A DNA stretch of 32,000 bases. It comes from Acinetobacter wanghuae. GTDB taxonomy: Bacteria > Pseudomonadota > Gammaproteobacteria > Pseudomonadales > Moraxellaceae. A model generated the notes under the pieces. That model was not told the origin of the DNA. It ran no database searches and saw only the letters and a list, made by a program, of their open reading frames with translations. Shown here one piece after another: positions 1 to 8,302 of the stretch. The DNA lies in NCBI RefSeq assembly GCF_009557235.1, contig NZ_CP045650.1, positions 1,080,001 to 1,112,000 of the forward strand, in the 5' to 3' direction. The position numbers and the translations under genes were made by a program. Each line of letters opens with the position of its first letter. Within the stretch, counting starts at the first letter, position 1.

Positions 1-1
1 G

Positions 2-1069
2 GTACTCAGATATAAGAATAATGAGGGAAAGTGGGCTGTATTTGGTCTTGGATCTTATCCTAGTGTGAGTGGTGCTTTAGCAAGGAAAAAAGCAAAAGAA
101 TTTCAAATAAGGCTATTCAATGGCGAAATTATTAAAACAAAAAATGATATTCGTTTGGAGAAAAAGATAGATCAAGAATATTTATTTAAGAATTTAATGG
201 ATACATGGTTAGCCACTAAAAAAAATAATTGGGGTGAAGCTACCTATAGTAAAGCTGTTAAATCAATTGAGCGTCATATCTATCCGAAATTTGGCAATCG
301 GAACTATCAGACAATTGAACCGAATGAATGGTTAACTTTTTTTCAGTCTTTACAGAATGATTTAGGTATCTTGACGCAAGTTGAAAAATTAACGGCTTAT
401 TGCCGTAGTGCTTATAATCTTGCTAAATTCAATCAAAAGATTACTTTCAATCCATTGGAGGGCATGACCGAGTTTTTAGCAAAACGCCAAAAGAATAATA
501 TGAAACATGTGGAGCTTGAAAAATTACCTGAATTATTAAAAGCGATCCGATCTAATCCATCACGTCCTATTGGAATTGGTTTAGAGTTAATGGTCTTACT
601 CTTTCCACGACCATCTGAGTTAAGAGAGGCGTTATGGAGTGACTTTGATCTAGATAAGGCAATATGGGTTAAACCTGCGGAAAGAACGAAAACAGGCGTA
701 ATTCATGGCGTACCATTGCCACATCAAGCCATTACATTATTAAAAGAATTGGAAAACTATAAAACAGCGTCCGACTTTCTTTTCCCAAGTCGTGATAGTT
801 ATGAAAAGCCAGTCAGTGATATGACGTTCAATACAGCCTTAAATCGTTTGGGATATAAGAACAGACAAAATCCGCATGGTTTTAGGCATATTGCGAGTAC
901 TGCTTTAAATAATCAGTTTAGTGATAAGTCGCAAGTCGTAGAAGCTTGTTTGGGGCATATTAAGAAAGGTGTAAAAGGCGTGTATGACAAGGGGAGTCAT
1001 TTTGATGAACGTATTGAGATGATGCAATGGTGGGCAGATAAAGTTAATGTAATGGAAGTCATAAAATGA
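2..1069 (+). CDS. int: Tyrosine-type site-specific integrase, P4/CP4-57-like (Int1), 5'-truncated by the window edge
   Basis: The ORF-track frame stays open back to nt 2, reading VLRYKNNEGKWAVFGLGSYPS. This matches the N-terminal arm-binding (DUF4102-type) motif of Int2 (FRYKNADGKWAWIGIGTYPQ) and Int3 (IRYKKADGKWSWYGLGVFPT). Catalytic signature is present: LFPRPSELR (Arg), HGFRHIAST (His-x-x-Arg), LGHIKKGVKGVYDKG (His...Tyr). About 60 percent identical by eye to Int2. Confidence 0.9.
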   Translation, partial: VLRYKNNEGKWAVFGLGSYPSVSGALARKKAKEFQIRLFNGEIIKTKNDIRLEKKIDQEYLFKNLMDTWLATKKNNWGEATYSKAVKSIERHIYPKFGNRNYQTIEPNEWLTFFQSLQNDLGILTQVEKLTAYCRSAYNLAKFNQKITFNPLEGMTEFLAKRQKNNMKHVELEKLPELLKAIRSNPSRPIGIGLELMVLLFPRPSELREALWSDFDLDKAIWVKPAERTKTGVIHGVPLPHQAITLLKELENYKTASDFLFPSRDSYEKPVSDMTFNTALNRLGYKNRQNPHGFRHIASTALNNQFSDKSQVVEACLGHIKKGVKGVYDKGSHFDERIEMMQWWADKVNVMEVIK

Positions 1070-1824
1070 AAATGGAAATAAGCACGCTTAGCATGTATGA
1101 GGTTGTCACTGAAATTATTGTGATTTATATGACTTATCCTGAAGATAAAATTAAAAGAGATCAAGCCTTCGCACGTTTTCTTACTAGTTGGATTAACAAT
1201 AACTCTGAGATTGATGAACGGGCATCTCATATCACAAAATTTGCTAGAGAATATGCTGTTTTATTTCCCTTAGCTCAAAATTATAAAGATCCGAATAAAG
1301 GTTACTCATTTAATAAATTAGCTATAGTGGCAAATTTATTAATAACGTTATTTAGGTTAGATGTAAGTAATGTGTCAGTTTCTATGTATAGTGCTTACGG
1401 TTTCACTTTAGCTATGGACAAGAAAAATAAATTAGGGAAAACCAAAATAAGTGAGCGCAGATTAAAAGAGTATTGGATGGAATATAGATCAGTCGCCCAT
1501 ATAGCGATGTTTTTTTTATTACATGGAAGAAATGAGGTAACTCAAGAAGAGTATCCGAAATTTATATCCTCTTTATATATCCTTCAAGAGAAGTACAAGA
1601 AAATAATTAGTAAAAATAACAATTTTAGCTATGAAATTTGGGAGCTACCAAGTTTAAGCGATTTGAATTGGTCGCTAGGTAGTAGAGAGATACCACAAAG
1701 CTTCTATTCTAAAATGATTAAAAGTATCGAAATTCAACCATTTAATGAGAAGGAACTTTTATTCTTAGAAGACTCAAAAAAATTTGTAAGAAACAGTGAT
1801 CAATATAAAAAAATTGTTAAATAG
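1066..1824 (+). CDS. Hypothetical protein (252 aa), translationally coupled to Int1
   Basis: Long ORF whose ATG overlaps the integrase stop (ATGA at 1066-1069). It is followed by a hairpin terminator at 1830-1854. I recognise no family motif. Confidence 0.6.
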   Translation: MKMEISTLSMYEVVTEIIVIYMTYPEDKIKRDQAFARFLTSWINNNSEIDERASHITKFAREYAVLFPLAQNYKDPNKGYSFNKLAIVANLLITLFRLDVSNVSVSMYSAYGFTLAMDKKNKLGKTKISERRLKEYWMEYRSVAHIAMFFLLHGRNEVTQEEYPKFISSLYILQEKYKKIISKNNNFSYEIWELPSLSDLNWSLGSREIPQSFYSKMIKSIEIQPFNEKELLFLEDSKKFVRNSDQYKKIVK

Positions 1825-1829
1825 TGGGG

Positions 1830-1854
1830 GTGCAAGATTATTTTGCACTTTTTT
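1830..1854 (+). terminator. Rho-independent terminator after the int-orf252 operon
   Basis: GTGCAA (1830-1835) pairs with TTGCAC (1843-1848) around a 7-nt loop, followed by a T-run at 1849-1854. Confidence 0.55.
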
Positions 1855-1918
1855 CAGCTTAAAAAATAGATATTAAAGTGGCTTCTGTATTTCATTTGAA
1901 CACATGCAGAGGCATACA

Positions 1919-2119
1919 ATGCTGAAAAGATATAACGAAGTCTGTGATTTATTAAGTCTCTCTCGTACTGGGCTGCAAAAGCTCATGCAAAAAGATCCTC
2001 TATTCCCTACGCCTTTAAAAATGGGCGACTCTCGGCAAAGCCCTACTTTCTTTATTAAAGAAGAACTAGACGCGTGGCTAGAAACTAAAAAAGCAGAACG
2101 TAATGAGGTGACAAAATGA
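1919..2119 (+). CDS. alpA: AlpA-family (phage CP4-57-type) transcriptional regulator / excisionase-like HTH protein
   Basis: MLKRYNEVCDLLSLSRTGLQKLMQKDPLFPTPLKMGDSRQSPTFFIKEELDAWLE fits the AlpA/MerR-like short HTH pattern (S-R-x-x-hyd ... FP-x-P ... W). The ATG at 1919 has CAGAGG 6 nt upstream. The ORF track starts 15 nt earlier, at 1904. Confidence 0.8.
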   Translation: MLKRYNEVCDLLSLSRTGLQKLMQKDPLFPTPLKMGDSRQSPTFFIKEELDAWLETKKAERNEVTK

Positions 2120-2592
2120 AAAATCTTGTCACTTTAAAGCATGGTTTGCTTATCACCACTGACCTACTCATTGCACAAGCATTTAATAAACGCCCTAGCG
2201 ATGTAAAACATGCTATTCGTAAGCTTGAATGTCCTGATGAATTTCGCCAACGTAATTTTACGCTCACCTCATATCTTGATATACAAGGCAAGACACGTCC
2301 TTGTTACGAAATCACAAGAGATGGCTTCATTCTATTAGTCATGAGTTTCACAGGTAAAAAAGCGATGGACATTAAGCTCAAGTACATTGAAGCCTTTAAT
2401 TTAATGGAAAAAGAGCTTCATAACTATTCTGAGATATACGAGAAGGTAGTTAGTTATTTTACATTGAGAAAAAATGAAATAAGTAGCTGTGCTAGAGAAA
2501 TGGCTCATTGGAAAAGAGAGAAGCCTCATATTCAGCACAAAATTTATGAAATTGAACAGTGGTTACAACTGTCATTAGATTTGGAGCAATAG
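2116..2592 (+). CDS. Rha-family phage regulatory protein
   Basis: ITTDLLIAQAFNKRPSDVKHAIRKL...YEITRDGFILLVMSFTGKKAMDIKLKYIEAFNLME matches the Phage_pRha domain pattern. The start overlaps the alpA stop (ATGA at 2116-2119). Confidence 0.75.
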   Translation: MKNLVTLKHGLLITTDLLIAQAFNKRPSDVKHAIRKLECPDEFRQRNFTLTSYLDIQGKTRPCYEITRDGFILLVMSFTGKKAMDIKLKYIEAFNLMEKELHNYSEIYEKVVSYFTLRKNEISSCAREMAHWKREKPHIQHKIYEIEQWLQLSLDLEQ

Positions 2593-2594
2593 CG

Positions 2595-4757
2595 ATGAAT
2601 CAAGCTAATACAGAATTTTTTATAAAAGCTGAGGATCAAGGTGGCAGCCAAGATCCCCAATTTAATGCCTTCTTACAACATTCATGCAAAGCACTCAAAA
2701 TGTCAGATCCTGAGCGTTTAGCACATCCTTTAATCATAGGATATGGAAATCCGAATGTCACGTTATACCTTGCACTTGACAACCTACCTGATGATGATCA
2801 GGTAAAAGATAGATTAGGCTTTCCATTATGGACTGACAGTACATTCACAGGGCTATTATTTAAAGCAGATTCATCTAATGAAAAGGATATACATATTGGC
2901 GAGGGAAATTTAATACTGAATATAGATGCAGATGAAAGCACTTATTTCGTCACGGATGATATGTATACCCTAATGGTATTAAGTCATGGAAAACATCCAG
3001 TACTCTTTGCAAGTCCTAATGACAGAGTGGTATTAAATGATTTTCTACAGAAGAATATTCGCCTATGTTTCATATGTGCAATTCATCAAAAAAACGATTT
3101 AAAAAGGCGTTTAAGGCATTTTAATAATGATATTCATGTCATTGGACTAAGTGAGCCAGTAACAGCATTTTCGGAGCAATACGAAGTAAACAGAGAAGTC
3201 ATGGAGCTATTAAAGGCTGAAATTGATCAAAGTTGGCAAGAGCCAATCAAAATTAGTTCTGAATTGTTGCCTGTGACAAAGTTATCACCTGAAATGTTAC
3301 CCTCTGAATTTGCTGATTATGTATTTGACGAAGCGAAACGTGCTGACAATATGAGTCCTGATATGGTCGCCGTATGCCTTATGACAGCCTTTGCTTCGGT
3401 AGTCGGTGCAAAAGTAGGAATTAAGCCAAAAGCTAATGATGATTGGATGATCATTCCTAATTTATGGGGTGGTATTGTTGCGCCACCGAGTAGTAAGAAG
3501 TCTCCAGCCTTTGATGCTGGTACTTATCCGATTAAGCAATTGGTCGCAGAAGCGAAAAAGAAATTCGAGAATGATATTCAGGAGAATGGTGCAGATAGCT
3601 TTGTATTAGATACAAAGATAAAGCAGTGCAAGAATAAGTTAGCAGAAGCGGTTAAATCAGAGGATAAAGAGCTAGAAAGTACTTTAAGAGCGGAGTTAAT
3701 GGAGTTAGGGAAGGTCAGTACATTACAGCCAATATTGCGAAGATACAGTACAAATGATGCAACCCCTGAAGCATTGGCTGAAATTGAAAAGAGTAATCCT
3801 AATGGTATTTTGGTTTTAAGAGATGAACTTACAGGATGGTTTGATTCAGTTGATAAAGAGCCTTCAGCAAGAGCTTTTTTCTTGGAGGGTTTTGATGGAA
3901 ATAAACCTTATCAGTTTGATCGAATCATACGAGGTTCAGGCTATATCGAAAATCATTGTTTAAGCATCTTAGGCGGTATACAGCCTGATAAACTTGTTAC
4001 TTACTTAGAGCCAAGTATTAAAGGAAGGGGCAATGATGGGCTATTTCAACGCTTTCAATTACTGGTTTATCCTGATGAAACAGAATGGCAATACATAGAT
4101 CAAAAGCCTAATGTTATTGCGCGTTCTGAGTTGGTCAATTTGTTTACGCAAATAGATAGTATGACGCTAGGCGATTTATCTAATATGGGAGCAGTGATTG
4201 ATCAGGATGTGAATAGCCGACCTTATTTTAGATTCTCTGAGACAGCGCAAAAAATTTGGGTAGATTGGAGTACTAACTTAAATCAGAAGGTGATTCAAAA
4301 TGAAGAATATCCAATCATTGCACAGCACTTACAAAAATATCCTAAGCTTATGGCTTCAATAGCTCTAATTTTCCATTTGTTAGAAGGTATTCGATTTGGT
4401 TCAGTAGATAGAGTTAGTGAGCAATCGGCATTGATGGCTGTAGAGTGGTGTAATTATCTTGAATCACATGCTCGCCGTATTTATGGCTTAGTCTTGAATG
4501 CGGCAACTTCTAAGGCAGCGTCATTAGGATTGCGTTTAAAGAAGTTATCATATACTGATGATTGGATAGTAAATGGATTTAAAGCGAGGGATATACAGCG
4601 CAAAAACTGGAAGTCTTTAACTGATCTTCATTCAGTAGAAGCCGCTTTGGATATTTTAGTCGACTATCATTGGTTGAATGTAAAAGAAGTCTTTACAACA
4701 GATCGTGGTGGACGACCAACGAAGCAATTTTATATAAATCCTAAAATCTATAACTGA
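2595..4757 (+). CDS. DUF3987/YfjI-like P-loop protein, the putative replication (primase-helicase-type) protein of the island
   Basis: 720-aa ORF starting at ATG 2595, 3 nt after the Rha stop; the track's 2559 start lies inside the Rha gene. It carries a Walker-A-like APPSSKKSPAF and a Walker-B-like GILVLRDELTGWFDS, plus NDATPEALAEIEK, which is typical of DUF3987 proteins in int-alpA islands. The family call is from memory of that domain only. Confidence 0.6.
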   Translation: MNQANTEFFIKAEDQGGSQDPQFNAFLQHSCKALKMSDPERLAHPLIIGYGNPNVTLYLALDNLPDDDQVKDRLGFPLWTDSTFTGLLFKADSSNEKDIHIGEGNLILNIDADESTYFVTDDMYTLMVLSHGKHPVLFASPNDRVVLNDFLQKNIRLCFICAIHQKNDLKRRLRHFNNDIHVIGLSEPVTAFSEQYEVNREVMELLKAEIDQSWQEPIKISSELLPVTKLSPEMLPSEFADYVFDEAKRADNMSPDMVAVCLMTAFASVVGAKVGIKPKANDDWMIIPNLWGGIVAPPSSKKSPAFDAGTYPIKQLVAEAKKKFENDIQENGADSFVLDTKIKQCKNKLAEAVKSEDKELESTLRAELMELGKVSTLQPILRRYSTNDATPEALAEIEKSNPNGILVLRDELTGWFDSVDKEPSARAFFLEGFDGNKPYQFDRIIRGSGYIENHCLSILGGIQPDKLVTYLEPSIKGRGNDGLFQRFQLLVYPDETEWQYIDQKPNVIARSELVNLFTQIDSMTLGDLSNMGAVIDQDVNSRPYFRFSETAQKIWVDWSTNLNQKVIQNEEYPIIAQHLQKYPKLMASIALIFHLLEGIRFGSVDRVSEQSALMAVEWCNYLESHARRIYGLVLNAATSKAASLGLRLKKLSYTDDWIVNGFKARDIQRKNWKSLTDLHSVEAALDILVDYHWLNVKEVFTTDRGGRPTKQFYINPKIYN

Positions 4758-4769
4758 TGGAAACAGCAC

Positions 4770-5056
4770 TGACAAAACTGACATAACTTAGGTTGTGTCG
4801 GTTTTGTCACTTGATAAAACTTGAAATTTTGATGAAATGAAGGTTTTGTCGGAATCTAAAGGGGGTTATCCAAACTAAAAGAGAGCAAGTGAATTTTGCG
4901 ACCCCATAAAAGAAGATTGATAGAGTTTTTAGAGTCCCTAAAATAAGTTCAATTAATTTTTTCAGTCCATAAAAAAGAATTATCGGATGCCCTAAAAGGA
5001 AGTGGTAATTGCTTTAATACAGTGGAAGTTGGAAAAAAAGGTCAGGTTTTGTCAGG
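4770..5056. repeat. Iteron-like repeat cluster, a candidate replication origin of island 1
   Basis: Motif 1, GGTTTTGTC, occurs at 4800-4808, 4842-4850 and 5045-5053, with an inverted GACAAAAC at 4771-4778. The outermost copies are extended and mutually inverted: TGACAAAACTGACA (4770-4783) versus GTCAGGTTTTGTCAGG (5041-5056). Motif 2, T-run-N3-4-YCC(A)TAAAA(N)AAG, occurs at 4902-4915, 4934-4947, 4965-4979 and 4988-5002, with a spacing of about 31 nt for the first three copies. Confidence 0.5.
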
Positions 5057-5098
5057 TTCTCCGCAATTAAAAATATTGGAGAACCTATAATGTAAAAC

Positions 5099-5776
5099 CT
5101 AATTCCACTTTAGGTTGCTAACATCGAAAGTAAACTGTTTTTTTCCTTCTTGATAAAAAGGTAATTCAATAACTAACTTTTGACTATTTTTTACATTGTT
5201 AATAATTTTAGCTTCTGTTTTATCATAGGCTACAAAAAGCGTGTCAGCAGAATGTGTGTCGGGTTCAACCAAAGTAATTGATTCAATATTATTGTTATCA
5301 AATTTAAAGGAAGCTTCACAGCTTCTTAACCCACATAAGAATTGCCCCTTTGAGATCATAAGGATCACGTCTACATCGTTCTTATGTTTTCTCAATGTTA
5401 AATATAATTCTGATCCACCATTATATGGGAAATCAAAATCAACTTTGTTTTGACTGGTTGTAACTGCAAAGACAGTTTTTTCATTTCTCATTTCGTCATT
5501 TTTTTCTGAATACTCCCAATTAGAAGGAGTTTTTTCAATGGTAATAGAGGCGGAGTCAGAAAGTTGCTTTATATCACTGTTAGATTGGGATTGGTTTGTA
5601 GTCTGATTTTTTTCATTAGATGATATACACATATTGATAAAAAACATTACGACAAGAAATAAACCGATCCAAGCAAGAATCCCCGTTTTTTTCTTTTGCT
5701 TGACTCCACAACTGGGGCAGCTTTCAGCTTTGTCACTTATTGGAGTACCACATTCGTTACATGGCTTGATAGTCAT
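5099..5776 (-). CDS. Zinc-ribbon membrane-anchored protein (225 aa) with an extracytoplasmic C-terminal domain
   Basis: The N-terminus CNECGTPISDKAESCPSCG is a CxxC-N11-CxxC zinc ribbon. It is followed by the basic stretch KQKKKTG, one hydrophobic helix (ILAWIGLFLVVMFFINMCI), a low-complexity N/Q/S linker and a roughly 150-aa domain. Confidence 0.65.
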   Translation of the reverse strand: MTIKPCNECGTPISDKAESCPSCGVKQKKKTGILAWIGLFLVVMFFINMCISSNEKNQTTNQSQSNSDIKQLSDSASITIEKTPSNWEYSEKNDEMRNEKTVFAVTTSQNKVDFDFPYNGGSELYLTLRKHKNDVDVILMISKGQFLCGLRSCEASFKFDNNNIESITLVEPDTHSADTLFVAYDKTEAKIINNVKNSQKLVIELPFYQEGKKQFTFDVSNLKWN

Positions 5777-5954
5777 TTTTATTTACCTTATTTTTGATAT
5801 TTATAGCAAATTAGTCAGTTTTACTAAGTTAATAAGTAATGCTTAAATTTTTAAAACTAGACTTTTTATTAGGAGTAGATTAGCAATAATCTACATTTTA
5901 GTTAAATAAATTTAATATACTAGAAATTGTCATAAGCTTTTGATTGAAATTTAA

Positions 5955-6740
5955 ATGTACAAATTTCTTGCAACTATTTTAATTGGTTGGTTGTTATTTC
6001 CTTTAGCTCATGCAGACATAATAGAATTAGAACAAAGTGATCGTTCATTAGATAGAATTGATCAATTGACAATGAAGCTTGCAACAGGATCATATGGTAA
6101 TGAAAGTGAGGGGAGTGAAAATTATAGAGAAAATTTAGATCCGATAAGCAATAAAGATTCACAACAAAATCAAGAACCCTTTCCATTAGTCTTTCAAGAG
6201 CATTATAGGAAATTAGGTATCACAACCCTTTATCCAGACTCTCAAGTTAAGTACAGTACAGAAGGTAGAACTTATTTTGAAATCAAAAAATTCAAAAATA
6301 ATGTATTGATGGTCAGGGATATTGAATCAGATATAGTAACGTTTAGTGATCTTGATGTTGATGATTCTGCTTCAAAATCATGGAATATAAGTTGTAGTGT
6401 CGATCAAATTACTGATGAAAAAATATGCATGATTTATAAGTTTGGTGTAAGAATAATGAAATCATCAAAATTAGGTGTATTAATTTCAGTTACTGGAGAT
6501 ACGGAAAAACTCAATACTAGACAGTATCAATATCTTAGAGTTGATAAAAATCCTGCTTTCAAGACTCATAGTCTATTCACTGGAAATGATGCAATAAAAA
6601 TTATTTCTCAAATGAAAAATGGAAGTATGGCATATACAAGGTTTTATGAATGGTCAGATTCATATGAGGAATCGCTTTCACTCTATGGTTTTTCGGCTGC
6701 TTACCAGACTATGAATTTGATGTTTCAAAGGTTGGAATAA
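5955..6740 (+). CDS. Secreted/periplasmic hypothetical protein (261 aa)
   Basis: Signal-peptide-like N-terminus MYKFLATILIGWLLFPLAHA|D. It is transcribed divergently from the zinc-ribbon gene. No family is recognised, though the C-terminal SLSLYGFSAAY segment is reminiscent of IalB-like periplasmic domains (weak). Confidence 0.6.
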   Translation: MYKFLATILIGWLLFPLAHADIIELEQSDRSLDRIDQLTMKLATGSYGNESEGSENYRENLDPISNKDSQQNQEPFPLVFQEHYRKLGITTLYPDSQVKYSTEGRTYFEIKKFKNNVLMVRDIESDIVTFSDLDVDDSASKSWNISCSVDQITDEKICMIYKFGVRIMKSSKLGVLISVTGDTEKLNTRQYQYLRVDKNPAFKTHSLFTGNDAIKIISQMKNGSMAYTRFYEWSDSYEESLSLYGFSAAYQTMNLMFQRLE

Positions 6741-6821
6741 GAATGATCTGTACACTCATTTGTACACCAGATGTAGGTTGTATAAAAAAATAAATATTTA
6801 TCAATATGTTTTGATTTAGTT

Positions 6822-6846
6822 GGAAGTTGGATATACCTACCAGGAT
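6822..6846 (+). repeat. att-like direct repeat copy A (junction of island 1 and island 2)
   Basis: GGAAGTTGGATATACCTACCAGGAT matches GGAATTGGATATACCTACCAAGAT at 25314-25337. The perfect 16-nt core TTGGATATACCTACCA lies at 6827-6842 and 25318-25333. It sits 179 nt upstream of the Int2 ATG. Confidence 0.6.
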
Positions 6847-7024
6847 CGCGTTATTTTAGCCACTTTTTAGTGCTAAAATTAAGATAAAAAATAAATAAAA
6901 TCAATAATTTATATCTATTTTTGTATACTTGAAAATTCCCGCAAATTCCCTGAAATTGAAGCATCTTTGTATCATAAATTTTATAACAGTATTCCTGTCC
7001 TATTTATGATTCAAGGTGGTTCTT

Positions 7025-8212
7025 ATGTTTCAGAAAAACATTCAAAAACGCCCACTTAGTGAAAAAATTCTAGCGACTCTACACCCCAAAGATCGAGACT
7101 ATCGTGAACACGATGGCAATGGCTTGTATATTGTGATAGCCCAAAATAATACAAAGTTTTGGCAGTTTCGCTATAAAAATGCTGATGGGAAATGGGCTTG
7201 GATCGGGATAGGTACATATCCACAAATCAGTTTGCTCATGGCTCGGCATAAAGCACATGAATATAGAGAGGCCTTGGCTAAAGGTGAAGATTTAAAAGCA
7301 CTGAAAAGATTGCACAAACAGCAAAATAAAAAAGAAACTTTATATTTTCAAAATCTCATGTGTGATTGGCTGAATATTAAGGTCAAGCAATGGGGGGAAG
7401 TCACCTATAACAAAGCTGAAAAATCGATCTATAAACATCTTATTCCTGCTTTTGGTGGACGAGACTATGTCGATATTTCTGCAAAAGAGTGGTTTGAATT
7501 CTTTCAAGGTCTGCAACGTAATTTAGGTATCCATACACAAGTTGAGAAGCTCGTGGCGTATGTGCGCTCTTGTTATGATTGGGCAAAATTTCAAGGCAAA
7601 ATAAACTCCAATCCCATTGACGGAATGATGAAGTATCTAGATCGCCGCCACAATAATAATATGCGGTTTATTGAAATTGAGGAAATGCCAGTTTTATTGG
7701 AAAGAATCCGAACTTGTAAACCACGTGCGATTGGAATTGGTTTGGAATTAATGATTCTACTTTTTCCCCGTCCAAGTGAATTACGCTTTGCACGTTGGGA
7801 ACATTTTGATTTACAAAAAGCATTATGGACAAAACCTGCCGAAACTACTAAAACACGTCAACTGCATCAAGTACCACTTTCGCATCAAGCCATTCAATTA
7901 TTAAAAGAGTTGAAAGAAATTCAGCCTGAATCCGACTATTTATTCCCAGGTCGTGGAACGTTACACCAACCGATCAGTAATATGACCTTTAATACCAACT
8001 TAAATAAGCTTGGTTATGAAGGGCGACAGCATCCGCACGGGTTTCGACATCTAGCTAGTACAGTGATGAATGAAATGTTTAGTCATAAAGGACAAGTGAT
8101 TGAAGCATGTCTTGCACATAAGAAAAAAGGGGTAAAAGCGATATATGACAAAGCTCAACATTTGGATGAACGTAGAGTTTTGATGCAATGGTGGGCAGAT
8201 TTTGTGAACTAA
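7025..8212 (+). CDS. int: Tyrosine-type site-specific integrase, P4/CP4-57-like (Int2)
   Basis: N-terminal DUF4102-type motif WQFRYKNADGKWAWIGIGTYPQ. Catalytic signature LFPRPSELR, HGFRHLAST, LAHKKKGVKAIYDKA. The ATG at 7025 has AAGGTGG 5 nt upstream; the track's alternative GTG start is at 7016. Confidence 0.9.
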   Translation: MFQKNIQKRPLSEKILATLHPKDRDYREHDGNGLYIVIAQNNTKFWQFRYKNADGKWAWIGIGTYPQISLLMARHKAHEYREALAKGEDLKALKRLHKQQNKKETLYFQNLMCDWLNIKVKQWGEVTYNKAEKSIYKHLIPAFGGRDYVDISAKEWFEFFQGLQRNLGIHTQVEKLVAYVRSCYDWAKFQGKINSNPIDGMMKYLDRRHNNNMRFIEIEEMPVLLERIRTCKPRAIGIGLELMILLFPRPSELRFARWEHFDLQKALWTKPAETTKTRQLHQVPLSHQAIQLLKELKEIQPESDYLFPGRGTLHQPISNMTFNTNLNKLGYEGRQHPHGFRHLASTVMNEMFSHKGQVIEACLAHKKKGVKAIYDKAQHLDERRVLMQWWADFVN

Positions 8213-8302
8213 TTAAAAGCTTAATAAAAAAATTAGCATTTTTTTCTCCGTTTTATAGGTTTGGGGATGGGATTTTTTTTCTTGTGATATTTCTCGCGGT
8301 AT

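Noticed and set aside
6822-6846. Interpreting the direct repeat as the 3' end of a tRNA, since it ends ...ACCTACCA and P4-type integrases often target tRNA genes.
   Set aside because: The nucleotides preceding the CCA (GGAA(G)TTGGATATACCTA) cannot be folded into a canonical T-arm with a TTCRANY loop and a G-started acceptor stem. The protein-gene-tail reading, with a stop codon plus terminator, fits better. An unusual small RNA target cannot be excluded without the upstream sequence.
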